Assembly: GCA_951406725.2 (NCBI GenBank)
Contig: OX597821.1
Span: 9,796,001 to 9,860,000 of the forward strand
Direction: 5' to 3'
Length of the DNA: 64,000 nucleotides
Source of the DNA: Octopus vulgaris
Lineage: Eukaryota
This document shows positions 28,123-40,634 of this stretch, one piece after another. The position numbers were made by a program, and so were the translations under genes. The notes under the pieces are model-generated. The model saw only the letters and a list, made by a program, of their open reading frames with translations, was not told the DNA's origin and did no database searches. Positions within the stretch are counted from its first letter, which is position 1. Each line of letters begins with the position of its first letter.

Positions 28123-28545
28123 GCAGGAGTGGCTGTGTGGTAAGCAGCTTGCTAACCAACCACATGGTTCCGGGTTCAGTCCCATTGCGTGGTAACTTGG
28201 GCAAGTGTCTTCTGCTATAGCCCCGGGCCGACCAATGCCTTGTGAGTGGATTTAGTAGACGCAAACTGAAAGAAGCCTGTCGTATATATGTATATATATA
28301 TATATATATATAAGTGTGTGTGTATATGTTTGTGTGTCTGTTTATCTCCCTAGCATTGCTTGACAACCGATGCTGGTGTGTTTACGTCCCCGTTACTTAG
28401 CGGTTCGGCAAAAGAGACCGATAGAATAAGTACTGGGCTTACAAAGAATAAGTCCCGGGGTCGATTTGTTCGACTAAAAGCGGTGCTCCAGCATGGCCGC
28501 AGTCAAATGACTGAAACAAGTAAAAGAGTAAAAGAATAAAAGAGT
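28123..28545 (+). mobile_element. Family A SINE, near full length
   Basis: Collinear with the other family A copies, with an AAAAGAGT tandem tail. Confidence 0.9.
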
Positions 28546-29288
28546 AACTATTATCGCCATCATTATCGCCATAATTTCTTTTTTTCTCGCTCTCTTACTT
28601 CTCGCCAACCAATCCGCTTCAATTGCTCCCTTTATTCCGTTTGCAGAAGAATCGGTTATGTTCTAAATTCAAATGTATTGTGTTTAAACACTTTTTTTAA
28701 AGCCTACGAGACGGGAGTTCGATGATTAGGCAACACATCACAAGCAATAAATTTTTCAACATTTAAAAGAAGTTAAGTTCCCGTCCTCCGACTTGTTCTG
28801 CATAATTTTGTACAATTGCGATGTTCTTTCATTCAATATTTTAGTTAATTTTTTCCTCAAAGAAAAATCCTACTTTAATTTTCTTCAATAGATGATCATA
28901 TTCAAAACCTTTACGAAGCCTTTTTCTCATATTTTTCTCAAAGAACTTGGTAATTTAAGCTACCATTTATTCCATTGCTTTTAAGCATAACATTGCAATA
29001 AATTGCTTTTCTTCATCCATTTTTTCATTCATATTACAATTCGGAATCGATTGATGAAAAATGGAAAAAAGAAAGAAATCTATTCTTATGTATAGGCTTA
29101 TTACGAGCAAGAAGTATATATTTCATATAATTCTTGCTAAAATCAATAATTATATCTAAGATTGCTTTCGCTAAAGAATACATGTGATATTATACAACTT
29201 GGTTTTAGCCTATGCGAGAAGCAATGGCTGACGAAGTTAAATATGGATACATTTGCTTTGATGACGATAGTCTAAGAAAATGTATTTT

Positions 29289-29324
29289 ACCACCACCACC
29301 AACACCACCACCACCACCATCACA

Positions 29325-29397
<73 letters not shown>

Positions 29398-29430
29398 TCG
29401 TAACAACAATAACAACAACATCAACCACAA
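29289..29430. repeat. Compound (ACC)n/(ACT)n/(ACA)n trinucleotide repeat
   Basis: Directly visible. Confidence 0.95.
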
Positions 29431-30577
29431 CAGTGATAATAATTCCGGTACCAAGCAATAGTTCTCATGTCTTCTGATCTTAAATGATTGGAAGTGTTGT
29501 CATTTACATTGTTTTATTTTGCTATGAAAGATGGCCTACGGCAAATATTCTGCTGAATACCACAGATCTGCGTGTCAGTTGTTTGACCATAACCAGTTGG
29601 GCATGTCCTTTAGTGGCTGCCGGTATGTGCATATCTAATCACGAGCAGAAGTAGCAAGAGAGAAATCATAGCCATGTGTTGAAAGGAATACTTTCGGCTG
29701 ATGATGATGATGATGATGATGATGCCGAAGAGGGCTAGTACATTACATCATTTCTAGTTCTCAACTTATAGCATCGTCAGTGAAAGCATGAAATGTAGTT
29801 TAAATCCTCAACAGCACTTGAATACGGAACGTAAATATTAGGCGAAGTGTGCTAAGCATTTTGCGCATTTTGCTAAAGATTTTGCCTATATTTTGCCTAA
29901 TGTTGGAAGAAGGCCTTCAATATTGAGAGGAAAGGTTAATCGACTCTATGTGAGTTGCACGTGGTTTTCTTTAACCGGAGGAATGAATGACGCCGAGTGA
30001 ATTTTTGGCGTTAAAATTGGCTCAGCAGGTTTTAGTGAATCTTATAGGCAATCAATGTAGCTCTAGTAGAGACAGTTGTAATATATATTTAAAAAGCAGA
30101 TCTCATAATTTCAAAGAATGGAAGAAACGGAGGGAGGATATTGTCAGGGTTTTAAATAAGGACTTAAAAGAACTACATCAAACAAATTTTAACATCAGGC
30201 ACATCAGGTATCGGTTCGACAGAGTGAATGCCCGCAGAAAGAGATAAACTTCGTTTCACTTTTCCGAACTTTTATTTTACAGTAGAAATAGGAGAGCAAA
30301 TGTTGAATTTTATCTGAATTGTTATTTATAAGTTTTTTGAAATGTTCCTGAAGCTTATAATACAGGTAATATTAATGCAGATGTGCTGTTATTGTTGCAG
30401 CTGCTACTGCTGCTCGTGTATATGAAGAAGATAATGTTGCAGATAGTGAAGCTCATGATATGCCTTAATATTGGAATTAGTGAATTCATGGAGTATACTG
30501 GAAAAAATGTGCAGACAGGCAACTCTAACACACAAATCTTATGTTCCAGTATTCATTTATACCTGAGTGTACATATA

Positions 30578-30983
30578 CGCGGGAGTGGATGTGTGGTAAG
30601 TAGCTTGCTTACCAACCACATGGTTCCGGGTTCAGTCCCACTGCGTGGCACCTTGGGCAAGTGTCTTCTACTAAAGCCTCGGGCCGACCAAAGCCTTGTG
30701 AGTGGATTTGGTAGACGGAAACTGAAAGAAGCCCGTCGTATATATGTATATATATAAATATGTGCGTGTGTGTTTGTGTGTCTGTGTTTGTCCCCCTAGC
30801 ATTGCTTGACAACCGATGCTGGTGTGTTTATGTCCCCGTCACTTAGCGGTTCGGCTAAAGAGACCGATAGAATAAGTACTGGGCTTACAAAGAATAAGTC
30901 CCGGGTCGAGTTGCTCGATTAAAGGCGGTGCTCCAGCATGGCTGCAGTCAAATGACTGAAACAGTTAAACGAGTAAAAGAGTA
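30578..30983 (+). mobile_element. Family A SINE, full length
   Basis: Collinear with the other family A copies. Confidence 0.9.
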
Positions 30984-30987
30984 ATAC

Positions 30988-31053
<66 letters not shown>

Positions 31054-31064
31054 ACATACATACA

Positions 31065-31100
<36 letters not shown>

Positions 31101-31611
31101 CATGAAGACAGCAAACGGAAAATATGACATACCTCTCTATATAATAAAAACGTGTGCAGTAAATAAGCAAACGATCACACGCTAAAAACACACGCAAAAA
31201 GAGCACACAAAAGGCTATGGATTCTTCATCAGATATCGGCCAGAGGGTCAAACGAAATTTTAACTATTATCAATAATATTGCTTTCATTTTGGAGTCACC
31301 GCCGAGAAACTTGCCGTTAGAAGACGGAAGTGGGACAAAACAATCAACAGAATAAAGGCTTAGGATCACAAGAAGACAACAATTATTAATGATAATACAT
31401 ATACAACAAAAAGTCATGGAGCTGCAAGACAAGACGAAAGCGGGTAACGTGAAGGAGAAATGAAAACTGCACTAAAGAACTATTGACACGTGAGGGGTAG
31501 AGCGAGGAGCCCAGAAAATCGTGTCCAGTGCGGTCGAAGGCAATGCGAAAAAGAATGGCACCGCCTCTCGTCACGGGTTATGTGATAGTTGGAGGAGGGT
31601 AACGGAGAAAC

Positions 31612-31660
<49 letters not shown>

Positions 31661-31776
31661 TTATAAGAAGCAAAGTAAAGAAAAGAGACAGAGTGGCACA
31701 ATTAATAAGTGCGTGCGTTACATAAGTAATATTTTCAGGATTAAATAAAAAGACAACAGACGGATAATATAACATA

Positions 31777-31848
<72 letters not shown>

Positions 31849-33971
31849 ATATAAACTGTACTGGGAGAAAAAGAAGAAACGAAACGAAACGGAACGAATC
31901 GAAACGAATCGACGCGAAGGCGTTCAGTCATACAATAGTGTAATAAATAAAATATATGCATACATACATACATACATATATGTACGTACCTACATCTACA
32001 TGTATATATACATGCATATATAAATATATATATATACGTGAGTACAGGACACCACAAATAGACGCAGAACTCAACGTGAACGAAGACGTAAAAACAAGCA
32101 TGGAACGGACCATTCCTTTAACAACGAAAAAACAGAGTACTAGACAAACTACACAAGGAAAAGTCCCCTTCATCAGCTGTCCCTAGTTCAACTCCAGCGT
32201 GTTTCGATGGTGAGGACAGAACACGAGTCGTCGAACTAGCCCTTCCTGCGAAGAAATTAAAGGAAATTACTTCGCAGAGGGGTAAAAACAAGGAAAGAAC
32301 CATTCAAAAATATTTGCAGTAGATAAACAAACTGACATATACTAAACACACAGGAGACCAACCAGAAAATACCGAATTTACCGCTCGTTGTCTACTTCTG
32401 TTGTGCTACGCCTGTTAATACGTTCATTCATAATTTGTGTGTTTGTGTGTGTGCGTCTGTGTGCACGCGCGTGTGCGTATGATTTTGTGCAATGTTGTGT
32501 ATGCATCTGTATTTACACTTACAGTTAAATATCCAAATGGATAGGATTTCTTTAAACAATGATACGTTGAAATACTCATTGGCGTCAGCCTCATATGTAA
32601 CACCTTTCTCAAACTCATTCTATTTACAATCAATAAATACATATTGTGTCCTCATTTAATTAAATATTAGGAAGTAAATCACTGCCAGAGTTTGACTATT
32701 TATATAATATCATTCACTTATCTCCATTAATTGTATTTGATATTGATTGGATTAACCGCTTTGATTTTCATACAAAAGAGTTATTGCACAATATATGCAA
32801 TTATATGAGATATAAATTATAAAGAGACCTATTGAAAAATGTCTGCAACTTAAATGTATTCAGCAGTAATCTACAATAAATCTATTAAAACTTTATTAGA
32901 TCAGAATAATTTATTAGTTGATATATGTATCGTTATTGTATCCAGGTCATCTCTAATTGATCAGACCTGATATATTGCATTTTAACTGTGACCATTCTCT
33001 CTACTCATTCTTCCCCATCACCAAGCACAGTGTACCACCAGTGCTTCGTTTCTAAGTTATTGCACAGAACTGTAAATCTAGCTAACATGCTATGTGATAG
33101 GCATGTCTAGATAAACGTATAAGTAAAAATAAAATATTCCACAGTTACAAGCCATTGTGATCCGCTTGGGTATATCATAATTTCTCTATCCTTTATAGAT
33201 GCTATTTAGTGGCAGGAAAACGTGGACATGTCACGAAGATGTGACAGCTGGTAGACAATTTTTGTTACGTAGACTGAAACAACAAGAGATTACATGTCAC
33301 TTGATCAAGACATTTAATCGAACTCATTGAACATTTGTAGATTATGTAAAGAAATAACCTACATGCACCTTAATAAATATATTCAGCCTGAAGATACTAA
33401 TTCCTATCTCCACAATGTAAGTGGTTGGTCAAGCCTTCTCAATCTGCAAGCCATAGAATAAGACAACATGAATTGTATTTTCAATGGTGTAGGATAAAAT
33501 CTGTAGATACAAAATTTAGTAGTACATTACAGTATAGAATATCCATGATTATATTGACCCCTGAAGTTTCCATTGATATCTTTCTTTTGTCTCAAATTAG
33601 CCGAAAATATATAATCTAATACACTCAAACCCTGTCCATCATAGCTCATATTTATTTCAGATGTACTGTACCTCACACTTATTTGTCATATAACTCCTTC
33701 TACACTGCACTATAGGTGTCTCGTCCTCAGTTATGCTACACAAGATCTAATATAAAATGTTTTTCATCTGTGAACTTCTTCAATTTGGTAAAAACTGGTA
33801 CCTGTGTAATGCATCACAACTCTCTAATGTTTTTTTTCATAACAAGTTACATTTCATGACAGTTCACAATTATTTGTAACAAGTCGTGATACCTTGTGGT
33901 AGGCTGTTTTTATCACACAACCTGATCCTAATTTACCAGTTTTAAATCATTATTATATTGCATACAAAATC

Positions 33972-34128
33972 CAGCGAGCTAAAAGAAATGTTACTACGCC
34001 GGACGAAATGTTAAGCGGTATTTCGTCAGTCTTTACGTTCTGAGTTCAAATTGCGCTGAGTTTGGATTTGCTTTCCATCCTTCCGGAGTCGATAAATTAA
34101 GTACCAGTTGCGTACTGGGGTCGATCTA
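33972..34128 (+). mobile_element. Family B SINE fragment (others near 9850-9940, 11390-11550, 15411, 16431, 17310-17450 and 46830-46915)
   Basis: TTACGTTCTGAGTTCAAATT...GTCGATAAATTAAGTACCAGTTGCGTACTGGGGTCGAT matches 4834-5070. Confidence 0.8.
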
Positions 34129-34743
34129 AAAGATTATTATTTCTCGTAGAAGGGTGACAGAAATTTAACAAGCATGACAAAATGCTTAGCGATATTTTTT
34201 CTAGTACAAATTTCTGTAGAAACTGGGCCATCTTTGTATTTCATCTTTTCAGAAATGATAAAATAAAACACCAGTAATATACCAGTGCCGCAGTAAATTA
34301 CTAGTATATACTCCGCAACCCAATTAATTCACGATAATTCTCCAACTGAGAAAAAACAACAAGAAACTGCTGGAATAGATATCTCCTGCGACAATTTAAT
34401 AATAACGGTATTTTATATTAATGATTCAAAGGAATGAAAGGTACATTTGAACTCAGGTTTAAGACCAGAGCTTGCACTAGAAGCCCAACTACTCCACGAA
34501 ATCTATTGTTGTATATTCTAACATGTCTGCCAATTTATCGTGTATTCTACGTATATAACTCGAGGAAAGATACAAAAGAAATTCAATGCTGAGACATGAG
34601 TGAATATTTAACAAAGTAAGGTTACGAGGCCAGCTAAAAGATTGTCAAAAAAATTACATTCCATCATTTACCATTGTGTAACGAATGCCTTACAATTCCT
34701 GATTGACTGAACCTACATTTATAGAAGCAAATGACAAGAAATT

Positions 34744-34848
34744 TAGTAGTAGTAGTAGTAGCAGTAGTAGTGGTGGTGGTGGTGGTGGTGGTGGTGGTGG
34801 GTGGTGGTGGTGGTGGTGGTGGTGGTGGTAGTAGTGGTGGCGGTGGTG
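34744..34848. repeat. (GTA)n/(GGT)n trinucleotide repeat
   Basis: Directly visible. Confidence 0.95.
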
Positions 34849-35197
34849 TTCTCGATGGTGGTAATGGCGAAGCTAGTGGTATTGGTGGTGTCGGTGGAGT
34901 GTTGTTGTTGGTGGTTGTGGTGCTGCTTTTTTCCTGTAATAGTTATCTTAAGACACGACAGAGCGAGAGTGGAATTTCAGTCCAAGATAATAAAGGAGCA
35001 AAAATCCATAACAAGTATTATAACAGATTATGTAAAATTTATTCACATCTTTAAAAGTATTAGTAATGTGAATTATAAACCTCTCGCACGCCGTTGTTGC
35101 AGCTGATGTTTTCGCCTACTACACTACCCAAATCATGCACGCATCACCTAAGCCCAAGCTATTCTTCCACTCAAACCGTGAGTGCAGCAAAGTGCAA

Positions 35198-36814
35198 TGC
35201 AAAGTGGTATCAAAAGTTTCCCGCACTAGTTATCTTTATATATAAAAGCGAAGTTGTGTGTCTGTCTCCTACGATTTAGATTCCTAACTACTCCCACATT
35301 TTGCGGTGCAGTTTAACCAAAAGCGGGTATCTTATAATCGTGATTCATATCGAGCCCTTCTGGGTATTAGCGCGCGTCTACGATGAGTCTACGATTTAAA
35401 AAAAAAATTATCATAATTTTTTTCCATTTTAGTGCATTTTTTACGCTATTATATAGGGGACGTAACTCTCTAAAAATGTCTACGATGAGTCAACGATTAA
35501 AAAAAAAAATTACCATCATTTTTTTTCCATTTTTAATGCATTTTTTTGCTTTTTTTTGGCTATAACTCTAAAAATGCTTATGTAGTTATTTCCCTTACAA
35601 ACCAGAGCAACGCTGGGCGATGCTGCTAGTGTTTAATAAAAAGAAAAGCTTATTTACCAAAGGCGTTTTCCATAAGCGAGTCGAAGGCCCTCTGCAATTT
35701 ACCCAGGGTATCAACAACGATGGCCTTTACCTCGTTGTTATCTTGAGGAAGAGATGGAAGTCCGCATGTGATAAATCTGCTGAGGAGTGTGAGTACAGAA
35801 GCAAAACGATGTTTTTTGGCGAAAAAATCACGATGAGGAGTGCGGGATGTCAGGTCGCATTATCATTGTAAACAATCCAATTCTTCGTGCCCCACAGATC
35901 CGATTAAATTTCGCCAAATGTCCTTTCTCAAACGCCTCAAATCGTCGCAGTGGAGACCTGGTGTGATGGTCAGACCTTGGGTGGCGAAATATCGATGCAT
36001 AATACCGTGAGTGTCGAAAATAACGATGAGCATGCTCTTGAATGAGTTGCAGCTCTATCGTGGTTTTCTTCAGTTGTGGATATAAAGGAATAATCTATTG
36101 TGACAAATGCTACTGTTTTTGGCTCGTACCTGAGACCCAACACACTCCAAATTTGATGATTCTTGGCATGACGTATGCGTAATGAGTGCAACGCTATCAG
36201 ACATCTTGACAGACTTCGTCATGACGTTCTTTCTGCTTAGTGGTCAGCACGCTTAGACAATCATGGCAGGGGCACAATGCCTGCTCAATTCTGACATTAG
36301 GATTGCCTGCACGAATTCAAAGTACAGACCAAGAACACAAGAAATATCGTTGATTGCCCTCCGACGATCGTCATGCACATGCTGAAGAATGTTCTCCACA
36401 TTTCTGGTAGTGACGCTCGTAGCTGGTCTTCAACGTCATTAATCGTTTTCCAGGGCCATTCTTCCGCCTTTGAAGCGCCCGTGCCCATCGACATATTACG
36501 TAGGACTCACTTCCCTGTCGCCGTAAGCTTGCTGTACAATATGCAGCGTCCCTATAACAGACTTCCCTAGTTCAACGCCAAATTTTAGGTTGGCTTTTTG
36601 TTCCAACTTCTTGTCCATAACAAAATCGCAGACTACAGCCTACACTTGATCACAAAAACACAAATTTCCCAATTTGTGAAGTAAGCACAGTGATATCACT
36701 CGGAACACAGCCTCATGCTGGGCGCTACTAGGTCACATTGCCCACGAAACTAATTGCTGCCAACTGTTGCCATAGTACGGAACTAGTCTATGAACATTTT
36801 TATACAACCTTGTA
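35198..36814 (-). mobile_element. Degenerate near-full-length mariner transposon interrupted by a Helitron
   Basis: Minus strand gives ELEQKANLKFGVELGKS, QQAYGD, RFKGGRMALEND, NWIVYNDNAT*H (HDNAxxH) and SSADLSHADFHLF (YSPDLAP). Degenerate TIRs share ACTAGT at ~35198-35231 and ~36781-36814. Confidence 0.85.
35233..35629 (+). mobile_element. Non-autonomous Helitron
   Basis: Begins TC after an A, ends CTAG before a T, no target-site duplication, imperfect subterminal hairpin CCAGAGCAACGCTGG, and an internal ~75-bp direct repeat starting GTCTACGATGAGTC. Confidence 0.85.
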
Positions 36815-37205
36815 CGGAATATCGTGCGTAAGGAAGCACGCAGTACTTTGAATGCTTTCATCTAGCCTCAGAAATATTTTATATAGGACTTTTATACCTT
36901 TAAAAAACATACTATGGGTACTTAATACAAGAAATAAAAATGAAGTGTGGATGTCTTCAGCAACTTCTGGCATAGATGTTTTTTTAAAGAATTATGTCCG
37001 CACCGATTGCACGAATATCTCTGCCATTTTTAATATAGTTCATTTTGAAGGGACGATTCTATTTTATGTAGCCTGATTTGCCATGATGTTCAACTGGAAT
37101 GCCGAAACATATTGGTAGTACTCTGTAGTAATATTTCTATACTTATGGAAAGCAAAATAGTCTTGAAAACAAACAGGTGTCTTGATTGTGAAAACACGCT
37201 GTGCT

Positions 37206-38264
37206 TGCATGGGTGCGTATTGGCGCGCGCGCTCGTGTGTGTGTGTGTGTGATTGTGTGTATTTGTGTTTGTAGCGGTTTCATGGGTTGATATTATTCTT
37301 TCATTCGTTAAACTGTTTGCCTTGAAATGACTGACCATTCAGCAATCCTATTGTCATTCAGAACAGTTGTCAACTTATTTTAAACGATCATATCTTGCCG
37401 AAGCAGTGGCAATTTTATACTCACGTAATTTAGTCAGTGCAAAGCAAACCAAAAAATTTAATGAAATAACTCTCTTAAGAAAATTTTGGCTTGCAATGCA
37501 TGCATGCATTGATTATAATGGAAATGTCTAGATGCTGTATTACAACTATAGTATCTATATTACAACTGGCTGCGTAGTAGCATTGAACACATCTGCGCAC
37601 CGGTTCAACCTGTTAGATACATCTCACATGTATTCTTCACGTCACTATTCGTTTTGTCAAAAACGAAGAGTACATCGTATAATGTTAACCTATATATTCT
37701 TTAAAAAGCAGGATTGTCACACATGATGTAATGCTGATCAGAGTAATCTTTAGTTTGTGAAACGGCGATTTAGAAGAAAAAAAATTTATATGCTTAGTGA
37801 ATTTTAAAAAAACAACATGTTATTAGATAATGCTCAGTCATCCACTTAACTGTAAAATTATTCCAGACACCGTTAAGATATTCTAATTGACATCTACTTC
37901 ACTATATATATGTTTATTAACTGAGACGGCCTAGAATTATACGTTTATAACAAAGTAATACAAGAAGAGAAAAAAAAATGTTGAACAAGAATCAAATTTA
38001 GGAGGAGGATCATAACTATTCGCTGTTCAGAGAGGCGGTTGTACTATTTCTTTCAAACAGTTGAGTAGTATCGAATGCGAATTGTTGTGGAACGTGTAAC
38101 GATCAATAAACATCTGTTATTATTCGGAAAGACTCTTTGATTTCTATTTTCCTTCTTTTCATGTCTATTTATTCCATCTTTCCTGTTTACGTTAGTGTAA
38201 TTGTTCACCGTCAATGCGAGAATACATGGGTCTGAGTGCGTATAGTTTTGTGCACTTTTGTATG

Positions 38265-38319
<55 letters not shown>

Positions 38320-38460
38320 ATATATATATGTGGGGGGGTGCGTGTGCGCGCGTATGTGTGCAGAGATACATAAAGTGATTGACAGATAGAAAGATAGATA
38401 GATAGGTATACGCATTTAAATAAGCACATATTAATTTTTTATGTACACATACACACACAT

Positions 38461-38510
<50 letters not shown>

Positions 38511-40634
38511 GCATGCATACACAAGTATATATATGTGTGTGTGTACATATATATGGTAAAAAGAACATGGAGGGGCTGCAAAAATGACATACATCATCCG
38601 GTAGACATTTTATTATGTATACCCTCTTAAAAAGTATAGTACCAACACTCTAACACTTAGAGTATGATTTAGACCCTCTGATGAAGCCTAGAGGCACACT
38701 CAACATCCAAACTCTATCTACCCATCCCCACAGAACACCGAAGAGATGGAGCTAGCATGGAAGATATCGTGTCCTCCAGGAAGAAATGGCCGTAAGGAAC
38801 TGATCTTTTAATATTTTACTCCGTTATGTATTACTAGTATATATTTGTGTAGCACACAGTCTTTGCATATTTATGTATTCTTTTAATTCTCCCTTTTGTT
38901 TTGGAATAAATATACATAATAGAATGTCTTGCGGCCGATGTATGTCATTTTTATATCCACTCCATTTTCTTCTTGCCGTATAAATTAAGGCTAAACCACT
39001 ATTTACCCCTGCCCATATATGACACTCGAATTCGAAATTGCCAGACAATAACCAGCACTTGAGTATTAATATTTGAGCATAGTGCTAGCAGTATATTTGA
39101 TAGGTACCGTTCCTTAGTTGGTTGGTTTCCAACTCCTAAATCTCACGGAAATATATATATATATATATATATATAGTAGAATAGAGGATATATTAACCAC
39201 TTAAAGTGATGATTACATGGAAGAAACTACTGGTTCTATACCTTATATCTTTGGGAAATAAAATTTCCTTAAATCAGTATGTATATATTAAGTATAAATT
39301 GAGAAAAGAAAATGGAGCTATAGTGGTTAATATTTTTTTTTGTTAATAAATTGATAAGCGTTTCTTCCTAAAATTGTTTTAATTCATATTCATTGCATAA
39401 GTTACGAATGTGTGCATTAAATTTGCATTTATAAATTATTTACAGTTATTATAAATTATTTGCAGTTTATTCCCCGAAACAGAACATTTCAATATATACA
39501 CATCATTAATTCATAAAATGTGCCTCTAAACTTATGCTACGTACCTGTCAAATCTATTCCTATGTGAATGTACAGTTCACGAGAAATTCACCAAAGAAAT
39601 AACAACATTAGCATTACATTCATGCATACTTACTAACATAAATGCGATGCACGAATACATACATACACACAAACATATAAGTACGCAGTTAAAGTGAATC
39701 TTCACCTCTTTACTTGCTGAAACACTATACATCACTATAATGGGTTTGTTTTTACGTGATCTTGGTTTGGAGAATTAGAAGTCAAAGCAGCCCTTAATGT
39801 ATTTTTAATGTTAGAATACATTCGACGATGCGTATGTAGATATAAGAAAAGTGATAATGGTCACGTGTGGAATGATTTCCTTCATAGGACTGATCGACTA
39901 GGATTGATTTCTGTCTAATCAATAATTAAGAATCTCAGTACACGCAAATGGACAAATCTCAACTATTTTACATTATTGTAAAACAGTACTGGTTCGTTCT
40001 GTCTTGTCTGAATATATTTCATTTCATTACATTTTTTATCACCCATGTTGCAGAAACTTTTACACAGAGACCACGTTTATATGAGAAGCAAATAAAATGA
40101 ACGCAAATAACGCTAACTTTGGTGAAGCAATACATTATGTGTGCGTGCGTGTGGGTGAATGCGTGAGTGCATGGGTGCCTATTTGCGTGTGTGCGCGCGT
40201 GTGTGAGTGTGTGGGTATGCGTGTATTAGTGATTGTGTGTGTGTGTGCATGGGTGCGTATTGCCGTGTCTGTGCGTGTGTGTGAGTGTGTGTGTATGTGT
40301 GTGTAAGAGTGATTGTGTGTGAGTATGTGTGAGTTTATAGCGGTTTCATGGGTCGATAATATTCTTTCATTCGCTGAACTGTTTACCTCGAAATGACTGA
40401 CCCATCAGCAATCCTATTGCCATTTAGAACAATCGTGGACTTATTTTAAACGAGCATATTTTGCCGAAGCAGAGGAAATTTTATACTCAGGTAATCTAGT
40501 CAGCACAAAAGACGAAAATTAATTTTAAAAATTAAATAAGTCTCTTAACAAAATTCTGACTTGCAATGGCATGGATGGATTGATTATAATGGAAATGGCT
40601 AGTTGCTATATTACTACTGGCTGCGTAGTAGCAT
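37206..40634. repeat. Diverged ~380-bp direct repeat pair (37206-37583 and 40246-40634)
   Basis: Both copies run TGCATGGGTGCGTATTG...(TG)n...TAGCGGTTTCATGGG...ACTGGCTGCGTAGTAGCAT, roughly 80-85% identical by eye. Confidence 0.85.
38675..38797 (+). ncRNA. Degenerate type I hammerhead with a long stem II insertion
   Basis: CCT-CTGATGA-ag-CCTAGAGGCACAC-(~70 nt)-GTGTCCTCCAGG-aa-GAAAT-GGCC-GTA-AGG, with a palindromic GGCC loop III. Confidence 0.5.
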
